Shown: positions 1-12,426 of the stretch, piece after piece
How positions within the stretch are numbered: the stretch's first letter is position 1
How the letters are laid out: each line of letters begins with the position of its first letter
NCBI GenBank assembly: GCA_030704615.1
Contig: CM060731.1
Coordinates: 73,532,001-73,596,000, forward strand
Length of the DNA: 64,000 bases
Source of the DNA: Takakia lepidozioides
Lineage: Eukaryota > Plantae > Bryophyta
Direction of reading: 5' to 3'
Translations under genes and position numbers: made by a program
Notes under the pieces: model-generated
Databases searched by the model: none
What the model saw: the letters and a program-made list of their open reading frames with translations, nothing else
Told to the model about the DNA's origin: nothing

Positions 1-34
1 GTAGTTTCTCTCCTGCACCATTTCAGTGGCACTG

Positions 35-2618
35 TTAGATGCTGGAGCCTGCCGTCGAGTCGGAGGTTCCTCCAGAATGGAGGTTTCCGGACATGGATCT
101 GTCATGCAGGGGAACACGAGGCTTCGAGAAGTTATTACGGTCTGCCCTGTATAAATCGGAATCCGAACCAGGTGGGGTGTTCAATTTCCTCTTACATGAG
201 CCGAATCTCTCCTCCCCTTCAAGATGTGGAACTTTGAAACAAGTGGCGTTCCCTGGGCATACATGCTCACCGCCCGTGCTATCTTGCTTGGATCCCCAGA
301 TTTGTTTGCAGCACGCAACATCAACTCTTGTTTGTCCGGACCCTTGCCACCAGCCCCTCCTCACAAGAAATCACGGTATCTGGTTTGTTGTTGCAAGGCA
401 CGTATCAGATCATCTGTTGTTGCCACATACAAATCCCGACCTCGTTTCCCAGACTGTTGCAACCATGCATTGTGCACAATCTCTGCCAAATTGCAAGATG
501 GCATGTCCGCCATTTCCTCAACGGACATGTTCTGCAAAGAGCAGAACCACACTTCAGAACAGTGCACAGGGAACAACATAAAGAAAGCAAGGAGAGCAAA
601 ATTTGGAAAATAAATGTATGAATAAAGCTAGCAATACAAGCCTCGCACCATTGTCATGGCTGCTCCCCACTGTCTGTACTGGAAGTGCCAAAACGCCAGC
701 GAATCTTCCAATGCTCTCATACTCTCAAGCGATGCAACTCCAAAAGAGAACCACCAAGCACGAATTGTCTGGAACAAAGTGTCCGTCTCCTTCATTGTTC
801 TAGCATCTTTGTACTCTTTGCACAATTTACGGTGTTGTGTCTGCATCTTTGGTTTGATGTCCGACTTTGTATGTTTCTCCAAAGATTGTGTCCAATGGAA
901 TAGACATGTATATTCTCTTCCCGGCATTGGCACTTTTGGGTTGCCTGATCCGAAGACAATTCGAACTGCATTGAAATTCGCCTGAGCACTTTCTGCCATA
1001 AAACCAACGAAATTTGGAGATGGCACCCCATGGCAGCCCATAACACGTACAAGGGAATTCCACATGAGCTTCTGGGATTCCGTATCCTCGGATTGCATGT
1101 CACAAACTGCAATTGTCATAACTCGTTGGTACACTGGATCGTATACATGACATTGTCGTCCAATCTTTCACTCGTTTCACATGATCAAACATAAGAAAAC
1201 AATTCTGCAGGTCCCCCGTCTTCTGCATCCGCTTCACGAGGCTAACCCCACTACCCTCCCCAGCAGTCGACATTTTGAAAAGAAAAACTTTGATGGCACC
1301 TTGACCTGGAAAAACATTGTCCTGGATGTAGTCGTACATGCATATGTAGCCTTTGATCCCAAAGCCCATTCTCAATGCATTGATCTGATGCCGAATGTTA
1401 GTTGAACTCAACGTGGAGAAATGATCCATGACAACATCGAGTGCTGCACCGTCAAGTTTAGTCCCCACAAAATTCCCTTCACTCAAAATATGGCTTTCCA
1501 AGAAGGACTTGCTTGCGCCAAGAGCAATTGCGGATGTTGTTGCGAATGGGTTTCTCTTGTACTCCTGTTTAATCAACCTCGATACTGTCTCAACACTCTC
1601 CCTGTAATCCCCCTTCGAGACAGGATGGTTATGGAAACCGAAATGCACACAAGCTCTTGTCATGGTTTTCAAACGGTGGACAACATAGTACATTCTTGCT
1701 CCACATAGCGCCAGGCAGGTTGGTACTAGTTTACAGAATTTGCAAACGAAAGCGGTTTCCGCTGGAGTAGTAGTCCCAGGCTTAAATGGATTTTCCGCGA
1801 GACCCTCCCACTCGCTTTGATTGTGAACCCCAGACTGAAGAAAGTGTCTGCAATTCAAATTATCACACCTAAGGTGTCCATTGCAAACTGTTCTCCTGAA
1901 AACAAGCTTGTCCTCATTTTGAATATTGGATGTTTTTGTTCTGCACCATGGGTGCCCGTCGTGTTTCTTGTCCATTCCGTGCATCATGTTTGTTATACCT
2001 CCAACTCGCGGAGGAGGAGGCAGCTCGAATAGGATATCCCCATCAAAAGTCTCTGGCAGGAACTTCGCAGGCACCTACTTCAAAGCTTCCCAATCAATTC
2101 CCCGCAACTCACTTTTGAAACCTGCCATTCCTCCCATCGCCCGTAGTTTTGGAATGACACTACAAATGTCTTTTTCATCCACTTCCACAACTACAGTACA
2201 AAGGACTGGAGTTGGAATTTCACTAATGTCATCATCGGACGAATCCGAAAGCTCAACGATTGGAGTTGAGCTTTTTCACCACCACCTCCCTTTTGTCTTC
2301 AACGACTGAAGCAGCAGTCCCGGGCGTCACATATGATCCAAGGGACTTTCTCCGAGGCTCTCCAAGTACTCTGTATCTACCAGGGTGCACTCTCCACTGG
2401 CTCACATGAGCCGTCTCATCACGATTTTGAAAAGAGTATTTCAACAACTTCCCGTCAAAATCGTACACCTCTTTCTCCAAGAAGAATGACCCATTCAAAA
2501 GCTCAAACCGGGTAGCCATGACATGTTCCGTCACAATTGCGAATCCATTGTCAAGTGCTTCTTTGGAGAAAGACATTGGTTTGTCGTCAGAATAAAACTC
2601 TGCTTCGGAGGAAGCCAT
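35..2618 (-). pseudogene. Mutator-family DDE transposase with N-terminal GCM/WRKY-like Zn domain, frameshifted
   Basis: ORF pieces 2253-2618, 1100-2074, 628-1134 and 361-579 join up. Motifs: WCRTKTSN..CNGHLRCDNLNC..CKFC..C..HNHP (GCM/WRKY-like); FLMFDH (D1); GFMAESAQAN (D2 position, here E); CLFH (CxxH); SCNLAEIVH (catalytic E). Confidence 0.8.
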
Positions 2619-2699
2619 GTTACGTCCCCGAGTGGGGGGTTGTCTTTCCTGAGCTGCTCCTTTGCCAAATCAGATGATTCAGCTATGTAACACACTGGT

Positions 2700-3222
2700 G
2701 GCACATGAAATGAGGCGGAAGCACCCGAAATTATGATATTCCATCTAATCAATGTGGGACGGTTCCTAACAAGTCACCGTCAAATTAACGTATGTGACAT
2801 GCAGTCTGTATTGTCTTATGAGCAATGCTGACAGATAATCCATCTAGTTGTGGGGGTCGCCCCAAAACAATAAAAACCCGCCGACGGATCCCATGCAGGG
2901 ATGATGGGAAGAGAATTGAAGTAATTAGTTCATTTGTCAGGCCATGATTATATCCAGTATGTCTGATCATGGCACATGAATGATTATGATATTCCATCTA
3001 ATCAATGTGGGACGGTTCCTAACAAGTCACCGTCAAATTAACGTATGTGACATGCAGTCTGTATTCTTATGAGCAATGCTGACAGATAATCCATCTAGTT
3101 GTGGGGGTCGCCCCAAAACAATAAAAACCCGCCGACGGATCCCATGCAGGGATGATGGGAAGAGAATTGAAGTAATTAGTTCATTTGTCAGGCCATGATT
3201 ATATCCAGTATGTCTGATCATG
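2700..3222. repeat. ~250-bp near-identical tandem duplication between the divergent transposase and ParB-MTase genes
   Basis: ATTATGATATTCCATCTAATC... starts at 2730 and again at 2983; both copies run to ...GTCTGATCATG (2971 and 3222). Confidence 0.9.
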
Positions 3223-4660
3223 TGGATGGTTTCTAGATCATGCAATCCTTGGGCCCAGAACTCTCCACGTACGCATATTCCGTTAAATCCTAAGTAGGCC
3301 TCATGGCAAGTACTTCGAGAATTCTCATCCATGACATCCAACGGTGATATTAATGAAGCCGTCACAAAAAAGACACATGTCAATTTTATGTTTGCACACG
3401 CCAAGAACCCAAAACAACCGCGCAAAGGAACAGCTGTCCCAAATAAATTACGCTATTTTCACTGTCACTCTTGTTTCTTAGAGGAAGTCAAGCTGGAGAG
3501 GGTTCCTTGTTCGGTTCGGAAGAGGAGGAAATCATTGTATTTTACATCGGTTAGAGAGAGGCTGAGATCAAGAGAGCAAATGATGAGGCATCGCATGCAA
3601 GATGGTGCAGCGCTTAGGCAGCATGTGAACTTAGAGACAGATCAAGCAGAGGAGAATGTAGGAAGTGAGAGTGAGTTCGCCGCAGTCGCAGCGACGGCTG
3701 GAGCAGTGAGCGTAGGTAACCAAACAGTGCCAGCCGAGTTCATGCACGAAGACAACACAACAGAAAGAGGAGCAGTGGACGCCATACCGGGAGGAAGTCA
3801 GCAAACCCTACATCAGACAGAAATGGTTATCATTCAATATCCGCATAATATTGTTATCATTAGTCTTGATGTTTTCCATTCCATGTGGGATCAATACATT
3901 GTTTTTTCTTGTGTTCAGACCGATGAAAAAGGGAAGAGGAAAGCTGCAGAGGGCGATCCGAGCGATGCAGCCACGAAGCCGAAGAAGGCAAAGGGATCCA
4001 TAAGTTCTCTCAAATGCACTTCTCCTTCTTTACTGATAGTCCCCCGATGTGAGAAAAGCGATGATCGGTGGCGATCATCGCTTTACAGAAGAATGTAGTT
4101 GGTGTCTTATTTCAGCAGATTCAAGAAGGCAGGCAGGCAAGAAAGAATATGTATCAAGACGAAAGTGATGATCGGTGCCGACCATCACCTTCGCCATTGC
4201 TTTATTTAAGCAAAGAATGCGATTTTCATTGTGATTCAAGAGTGACAGGGAACTAAAGATGCATCTCGCAATGACGTCGAAGCGATGATCGGTAACGATC
4301 ATCGCTTTGAGGTCCATTCCTTCTTGTTCAGAACAGTTTAGAAATGGCGTGGTCGTTCAGGAAAGTGATGATCGGTACCGACCATCACATTCAGCTCCCA
4401 TTGTTTGTGCATCCCTTGGCACTTAAATAGTGATGGTCGGTACCGATCATCACTTTCGGCATTGACTGCATGTTAACCCAAAATCCTATCTCGCACTGGA
4501 AGCCTTTGTAGATTGAAATTCTTTAGGTGGAGAAATGTCCATTCAACTTCATATTTGGAATTGGAGAAACAGAAAAGCGATGGTTGGTGTCGACCATCGC
4601 CTCCAAGTCCATTTCTATGCTCTATATCTCATACAATGAAATGCAGAATTCTGCTGTGAA

Positions 4661-5260
4661 GTGATGATCGGTGCCGACCATCACATCCAGACCTCATGGG
4701 TTGTGCTTCCCAAGGCAGTCTGATTGTGATGATTGGTACCGACCATCACTGTTTGAACGGTTTGGCAATACACCAGAATCCATAAAAGGAGACCAAGTGC
4801 AGTGGGTGAAAGAAGGGATTCTGACTAAGAGTGATGATCGGTGCCGACCATCACACTCAGACGTCATGGGGTTCGCTTCCTAATGCAATCTGATTGTGAT
4901 GATCGGTACCGATCATCACTTTTTGAACAGATTGGCAATGCACCAGAATCCAAGAGAGGACATCAAGTTCAATGTGTGATAGAGGGGATTTTGACTTATA
5001 GTGATGATCGGTTCCGACCATCACATTTAGACCTCATGGGTTGTGCTTCCCAAGGCAGTCTGATTGTGATGATCGGTACCGACCATCACTTTTTGAACAG
5101 ATTGGCAATGTACCAGAATCCAAAAGAGGACATCAAGTTCAATGAGTGATAGAATGGGTTCTGACTTATAGTGATGATCGGTGCCGACCATCACATTTAG
5201 ACCTCGTGGGTGTTTGCATCCCAATGCTGTCTTGTGGTGATGTGCGGTACCGACCATCGC
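4661..5260. repeat. 170-bp tandem repeat (~3.5 units), two palindromes per unit
   Basis: Palindromes at 4661/4831/5001/5171 and 4726/4896/5066/5237; the spacer sequences are also repeated. Confidence 0.9.
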
Positions 5261-5619
5261 TTGCATCATCCTGATGGTCGGCACCGATCATCGCAGTCTA
5301 GTGAGAACGGAGTCAAGGTGCATTGGGAAACCAAGTAGGATTTCCATTCATTTGTTAGAAGACAAAGTAATGGTCGGTACCGATCGTCGCTGTGTTGAAA
5401 TGTCTGTTTTCTTGAACACCAGTTGAATATTGTTGTTATGGCAGTTTTGGGTATGCAGAAGAATGTAAAGTCCAAGCAGGCAGAAACAGATGCAAAGGGC
5501 TCTGGAGAAGGGGACGACTCCACAAGAGTTCTGAGAACAGCGAAGACACCGACGAGCCTGAATTGCACTACCTTGACAAGGTGAAACAACTTATGTCATA
5601 TCAAAAGGTAAATTCCCAG

Positions 5620-5990
5620 GAGGTTATTAGGGACATGATCGTCTCTGGAGGACGTCTTGAAATCCCTCTCTGCCGGATGATCTCCATGCCTGTTGTTCGT
5701 CCTCCACTTTCGCATGACATTACCAAGTTGGAAACAGATTTCGTGCACGGGTATAGAATGGGTGCACAAGTTTTTTACGTCTCACTGAAGGATACTAATG
5801 GTCACAGCACAAAAGTGAGCCCAGAGATTACGGACAACTGGGATGATTGCTGGAAGGATGTGAATGACGATGAGTTCGAGGACTCTCTGCTGCTTGGACA
5901 TAACACCCAGCAGTTCTGCAACCACATGTTCTATGTCTGGGACGGGAACCATCGTTTGCTAGCTTGGATGGGGTACATTGCGAAACACCA
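5620..5990 (+). CDS. ParB/sulfiredoxin-like domain exon
   Basis: RLEIPLCRMISMPVVRPPLSHDITKLETDFVHGY...VFYV...FYVWDGNHRLLAW: a DGxHR-L-x-A motif preceded by the IPL..R..L..G pattern of ParB-N/Srx folds. Confidence 0.65.
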
Positions 5991-8413
5991 TTCAAAAAGA
6001 CAAGGACAAGCATTGTGCTATGGAGGCAATGGTTCTGGATCCTGGGAACAACATCGCCAGACTTTTGACAGCTATGCATGACGTGAACAAGTAGGACTTC
6101 CTCAAAAACCCATAGCCTTTCAAATTGCATGTTGTGCGCATTTCAAGTCCAAACGTTAAATATTTCTTACGTATGCAATGTGTATTCCCTGTTTGCAGAT
6201 TGACAGAGAAATCACATGTTACTACGAGCGTGGTCCACACACTATTCCGCATTCAGAGAATTGGTTTGATGAAGCTTGATGAGTTCCGCACAGTGCTACA
6301 TCCTGATGTCATCAAGAAGTGCGAAACAGGAAGATCTGCAGGGACCTGGTACTCGTTGACCCGAGATGCATTTTTGGAGTACATGTATGCGGTATGGCCC
6401 AAACCACTTCTTCCTATGTTATTACATACAATTTTTCAATTGTATGTCTGCTAATCCAATCGTTGATACTTGCAACAAGAACTGGCAGAGGCCGCCGAGA
6501 GGGGGAAATCTGAGTACTACCGCACTACAACAGAAGAGCTGAGGACTGCTAAAGGAGTTGGAGCAGCCATGAAGAAGGAGTACGAGATAAGGAGAACGAA
6601 GCTGATGTCGGCCTTCCTGAAGCAATTGAGAATAGTGGATCCCGGACCTGGGGAGGAGTTCCTTCTCCAAATCAAATCCCACTATGACAAGCATGTACAT
6701 CCAGAGATGCAACAGGAGAAATTGCACAGACTGGCTCTCTTTATGGTTGACAACCAGACAAAAGTGAGATGGCTTGAGATTTGGAACTCGGATCAGACGG
6801 TGTAGGATCTGAATCAGTTCCCAAAAAGCACAATCCAGCCTGGCACCAAGGTCGAGGGAATAAGTGATATTGTTTTTGATCAGTGGCTTCACAAGGCCAC
6901 ATTTTGGAGTCAGGTATTTGTGGATTCAAGTTCCTATTGTATATGAAATATCCTATAGCTTTGTCATGCGCAATTTTGATACATGTTCCCATTGCAGCTG
7001 GAGAAACGCGCCATTCTTGTCCTGGAGCAGAATTTGAAGGACTTGAATATTTCGATGGTCTCACCACCACAGATGACCTTGGAGGCGTACATTAGAAAGT
7101 GGAAAGGTCTCACGTGGCGGTACTGTTTCTTCTGAGAGTTCTCCAAGGATGGCAACATATTGAGGTCAAACGATTTCGACAGTCAAGTTGGAGGGGAGTG
7201 GGCGATGATGCGTGTTGTTTACAGGTGCAATGTCATATGCCTATCTAGCACATTCTTTAAACTTTTGTCATGCCTCATTGAGAGAAGCTTTGTATTTCAT
7301 TTCTGCTACACAGCAGTATGGTGATGGTCGATACCGATCATCACATCCACTGCAATATTCTCCAATCAAACAGTTGTCACTGCTGATCATGTCTTTGTTT
7401 CCATCCTTAATCCTGCCTCTGTTATCATAGGCAGTCTGTTTCTGATGAATGAAGTGATGGTCGGTGCCGACCATCACATTTCCCATTTGTGCAGTCTACA
7501 TAATCATAAGGATTTTCCAACCCATGTTGCATTCTCTCTCATGTGAAAGTGATGATCGCCACCGATCAACACTTTCTTCTGCTTTCTGATATCTTGTTTT
7601 GGGGGATGGTGTTATTTTGAGCCTCCGCAGGTACACTAAATATGTGTTGATGGAAGGAAAACACCTGAGTGGAATCCCAGATTACCTGGACATGTGGTCC
7701 GACCCTGCCAACGATCCCACCATGTACACAGCTGGTATCTTGAGGGAATGTAATCCTGCCCACTTCAGGGACTGTGGATGGTACCTCGACTGCCCTCCAG
7801 AGCACACGACATTTCAAGAGCAGCAAATGAAGTATATGAACAACCATGCGGAGATGCTGGCACCTTTGAACGACGAAGAGTACCAGAGGAACATTGCTTC
7901 ATTGGCCGCCAAGGAGCCCGATGTGCAGGCAACTCCACAGAAAGGCAGGAAGGCGGGTCGAAAGGGGAAAGATCCAAAGGCTCCGGAGGTAGTAGCCAAG
8001 TCACCTGGGAAGCCTAAGGACAAAGAGAAGGAGAAGGCTAAGGGGAAGGAGAAGGCGAAGGAGAAAGAGTCGGAAAAGGAGAAAGGTGAGGACAAGGAGA
8101 AAGATGAGACCGCTGGGAGGTACACCCTCACTGTTCAATGTCCATTCGATGCCAAGCCACACCCTTCCCGTGCGGACTTGGCAGGGCAGATCAAGATTGT
8201 GAATGAGGGATGGCTGGCGATGATGGAGACTCGGAGAAAGAGTTACTCGGGGGTGCCATCACCAACTTGGGATAACATGATTTCATTTCTTAATCTGGTA
8301 AGAATCTTCCTCTTCACATGGGACTTTCGAATTTTGTGTATGCCAATGTAGATGATGGTTTCTATTGGGACCCTCATTTCTGTTTGACTTGAAATTATAC
8401 CGGTATGCTGTAG

Positions 8414-9440
8414 GTGAGCAATGGTCCCTCATTCGTATGCGGTGTTCAGAAACCCTTTGCCGCTGACATGGTCATCCTTGACATCCTAGACGGCCTGCCT
8501 GTCCCCGACGTTCCTCCAAAGGGAAAGACTCCATCTTGGAACAGATTCGATGAGAACTACTAGAGTTGGGTATTCGGTTCTGCAATAATTTCCTTTCAGA
8601 TGCAGGAACGCTTTTGTTCTTCCAGTCATGTGATAAGGATAGTCGTAGGGGTCTGGCATCATACCTGAAGCCGTCTGGGTTCGAAATTCTGAGGACATGG
8701 AATTGTGTGAACATCCTGTACCTTCTGAAAGGTGGTTGCCCTGGACAGCTGGTATGGCACCGCCCTACTCTGAACTGTTTCCCAATGTCTTTTCAGTTGT
8801 TTCTGCTGGCTTGCTCTACCACCATATGTGATGATCGACACCGATCATCACAAAAACATTCCATTGTAGTTTACATTTGCAATCCATGTTCTGTTCTTTC
8901 CTGCGCCAAAATTTCTTTCGAATTTCTATGTCTCACTCCTACCTTGCATCTTTGCTAGACAAGGATGTTTGAGGCAATCTGTCTGAGGCGGATTTGCACT
9001 TCCAAAATACCTTCATCCAGTCGCAGCTTTGAAATTTCCGACCAGGGTGTTTTGTCAACCCCCCATATGAACCGCATGTGGATGACATGTTGTACAATTT
9101 CATGCACTCCAGTCAAACAGCCAAAAGACCAGATGGGTTTCCGTGGAGAGGTGCAAGGGAGAGAACCCCAACGTTCATGCAGACGCTCTTGGGGTCATGC
9201 AGCCACCATTCTGCAAGGGTGGTCGACCTCACACTATCCACAGGTTCGTTGGTTCAATACTGTTTCCATTCTGAAGATCTTCCAGTTTGCATCCGATTTT
9301 GCATCCTCTACAACCATCTTGAGGCTTTCTGTCTTGGCAGGTGCGACTTACCATGCTTGCAAGGTGGTGGGAGAAGCCTTTTTGGCATGGAGGGCGACAC
9401 CGAACTATTCAAGAGTGTCCTCCTCCCTCTTGTGTCTGGC
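8414..9440 (+). CDS. Beta-class (N6_N4_Mtase-like) amino-methyltransferase domain, about three exons
   Basis: Motif IV-like DMVILDILDG (non-canonical versus DPPY) then FLSDAGTLLFF. Later RGARERTPTFMQTLLGSCSHHSARVVDLTLSTG|ATYHACKVVG..RSLFGMEGD matches the KP..L..LI..S..GD.VLDPF.GSG.T..A...GR..IG.E.D block. The motif IV-before-I order indicates beta class. Confidence 0.6.
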
Positions 9441-11180
9441 TCTACGTCTGACACATAGACCGAACAAATTCAAATAAGAAATGGTGAGGATACCGAGGAT
9501 AAGCAGATCAACAACGACTTCTTATGTGAGTAAGTCGGCCATGGAAATGTCATTCCAGTTTGGGTGCTTGTTCAATTTTGCATACATCAAAATTGCAGTA
9601 ATAACTTTTATCATGCTTTGACTTGTAGGAACGGCAGCGATGGATCTTCAGGAGAAACCCCCATTTGTGCCGAGACTGTTTTCGACAATCCCCTTTCCAC
9701 TTTTGTGCTTCATGTCTATGCCGAAGCAATGGCACTTTGAAATGGCCGAGGCTCTATCCCCTGACTTCTTATTGCCCGATCGCAGGAGTAGCCATCGTAG
9801 ATCCGGAGTTCTGAAATTCTTGGACTTGGATGCAGTGGACGCGGGGATACATTGTACTGACTCTGGATCAGACTGAACTTCGCATTTTTTTTGTTCAATT
9901 TATATCCTATTCGGAACTCATTGCCTCATTGCATTTGTTCCGGCAGAAAAAAAGGTGATTCAAACAATCTACTCGGATTCAAATGTCAATCTTCATGAAT
10001 CCATCCCCTCAACCCCTCACCCTCATGTCATATCCATTATGCATTCATCTATTGTGTATTCATGCATCCTCCATTCAAGAATGTTTTCCACCATTCAACA
10101 TCCATCCCACATTCATCCATTCGCTTGCATTGTTCCCACATATCCATAAATTTCTCAACCACTCTACATTCATCCATCCTGCATTCAATTGTTGCTTTCA
10201 GGTGGGGATGACCACTTCCTTTTATTATTTCGTCGAACTTGTTTCCGCGGTTGAGGGTGCTCTTCCGCAAAAATACAGATTGGCGCGCGTTAACGTGGCT
10301 TTTAAGCTCGATGACGTGGAGTGATCCCGGTGATGTGGCGTTTGTTCAAGGTGAAATGGCGTGAGCGCGGTTGCGCTCACGCCACTAGGCTCACGCTGAG
10401 GCATCCCTAGAAAACTCGCAAGGTTTCAGGTCGTGTAGGTGTCACGAAGAAGACAATATAAGTCTGCAATTCCTCTGGTAGCATTGTCCCTTTCTGAAAT
10501 ACAAGTCCGCAATGGACTCATGCACAGTCTCCCAATGGACTCCTCCAGTCTCCACAATCCCAGCACACTCCGGCACAAACTCCCATCAGACGGCTGCAGA
10601 GTCCCACAATGGACTCCTGCACAGTCTCCCAACGGACTCCCACACAGTCTCCCAAGCATAGTCTCCCAGCGGACTCACACACAGTCTCCCAACAGAGTCA
10701 CAGTCAACAGACTGCGAACGCCAGTAAGCCAGTCTGCTGCCCACTCCGAACGTCTGCTCACCACACTTCCACCTCATCCCTGCAACTCTCCCAACAGACT
10801 GCTGGACAGACTAAGTCTCAAGCAGACTCATCCACAACAGCAGACTCAAAATGGACAGGCTCCAGTGGACTACCTCCCTAACGACTCATGCCAATCCAGC
10901 GTCCCAGCGGACTCATGGACATGGTGCCTACCAGACTAGGTACCAGACCCACTAGTCCTAGCCTCGGCAGCATACTGCTCGCACATTCAAGCTCAGCAGA
11001 CTTGGGTGCACAGTGCATGGAAAAATTGACACCATTGTGTCCATTGAGTTTAGTGACAACATTACAAAACATGCTAGCACCCACAGTACACAAAAGTGTT
11101 CATCACCACTGGAATAGTAAACGAAAAGACTCGCATTTTTTATTTCGGTACACAGACTTCACATGACAAGTACATCATAC

Positions 11181-12273
11181 TCATGAGAGCAGTTTCTCTA
11201 CATTGTCCAACCCCCGCACAATATACTGGGCACACTGCATTCGCTGCCCAAGTGCAAACTTGAAAGTAAACCAGTCCTTCGTGAAAGGTGTTCCTCTCTC
11301 TGGCTTTGCAGTCTTGGAGACATTTCCTCTGACTTTTACCCACTCATAAAACACTTGAATGAATGACATGACGTAAAGCCACACTTCCAACTGAATGGTT
11401 GCTGGGTCACATCAGGCGCGTGGAACTGAAATGCTTGGACAATCTCATGTCCATCGAGTACCCTAAGCACTCAGCATGAAGCTTCCGAATCCACCCTAGA
11501 ACAAAGGGATAACTATGCGAGTCCCTGATAGAGTTCAGGTGAGTGTAATAGCCCTTGCGGAGGTCGATGATACAAACACTCCAATGCCCCCTGCAATGGT
11601 ATCAAACAACATGGCGTCATTGCACAATCATGATGGGCAGACTCAGCAGACTGACACTCAACAGACCGACCACTCAGCTAACTCAGCACTCAGCTGACTC
11701 GGCATACTCAATCTTCAAACCCAGTCCACTGCACAAATACAGAGGTCAACTTAATCGCTCAGAGTCAAGACGACACTGTGAAACCATACTATGACTCAGG
11801 AGACAGTCTCAGCAGACTCGGAAGAGTTCTTACTCGTCCCCGATTGGCACCAAAATGAAATCGCACTCTTTCAAGCCCTTGCCCAGTCGTTCAGTGCTAA
11901 GGCAACCTTTCAAGACCTCCAAAAGGCTTTCACGTTGCCCCACCCCCAATGACTTCAACACCGTCCACGTCGACGTTGGAAGAACAACAATAGTGTTGGT
12001 GAATGCAGCCTCAACCGACTTCTCATAGAATCGACACCACAGCTCCAGGAGTCTATCTGTGCACTCCGACTCAACCTTTTGGAGCGCCTTTATGTCATCC
12101 GGTGACAGTCCGCATTCAAATCGTGGGTCCCTTTCAAAAAACATCAGCATAGAATTACCCGCCTTGACGTGCAGAGCATGTGCTTTGCCAAACCGAGCAC
12201 CCATCCTGCACAGAGCAGACCATCCTTTGGGAAGCCTCATGTACTGAACAGACTGACGCCAACATGGTACCAA
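11181..12273 (-). pseudogene. Ulp1/C48 SUMO-protease-like domain (3' exons of a long transposon cargo gene)
   Basis: ...ECDFILVPIGD | intron | GHWSVCIIDLRKGYYTHLNSI...QQPFSWKCG.YVMSFI: the H-W, N/D and QQxxxxxCG pattern of C48 peptidases, frameshifted near the Cys. Confidence 0.75.
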
Positions 12274-12426
12274 ACACTCTATAGGCTGAACAGTTCATCA
12301 GACTGACAAGACTAACCACAACAGACAATGATGAAACCAGCAACAGACTGACCAGCGAGCAGACTGACCACAACAGAGCGCAAAGCACTTAACGACAAAG
12401 ACAGACGAGGAGACTGAGCACAATAC

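Larger units (their letters stand above)
4058..8851. repeat. Dispersed array of 20 copies of a 24-bp palindrome, consensus GTGATGATCGGTACCGATCATCAC, in inferred introns
   Basis: Copies start at 4058, 4165, 4282, 4365, 4430, 4577, 4661, 4726, 4831, 4896 (perfect palindrome), 5001, 5066, 5171, 5237, 5271, 5367, 7321, 7454, 7549 and 8828. Confidence 0.95.
3580..9876 (+). pseudogene. Multi-exon transposon cargo gene: acidic N-terminus, ParB/Srx-like domain, Lys/Glu-rich linker, beta-class N6A/N4C DNA methyltransferase-like domain (frameshifts and stops present)
   Basis: Co-oriented ORF pieces 3331-4098, 5563-6081, 6125-6454, 6470-6805, 7599-8351, 8566-8958, 9078-9458 and 9640-9876 are separated by GT..AG intron-like gaps. 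Exact exon boundaries are only partly resolved. Confidence 0.6.

Noticed and set aside
4058-5390. CRISPR array (palindromic repeats with spacers)
   Set aside because: Spacers range from ~10 to ~120 bp, several are themselves tandem duplicates, copies recur in distant introns, no cas genes are present and the context is eukaryotic.
3580-9876. Bacterial or phage contamination as the source of the ParB/methylase motifs
   Set aside because: The gene has GT-AG introns and is contiguous with plant transposon and host genes.
10357-10410. Helitron 3' end
   Set aside because: Hairpin-to-CTAG spacing is atypical, and no 5' TC end or Rep/helicase sequence was found.
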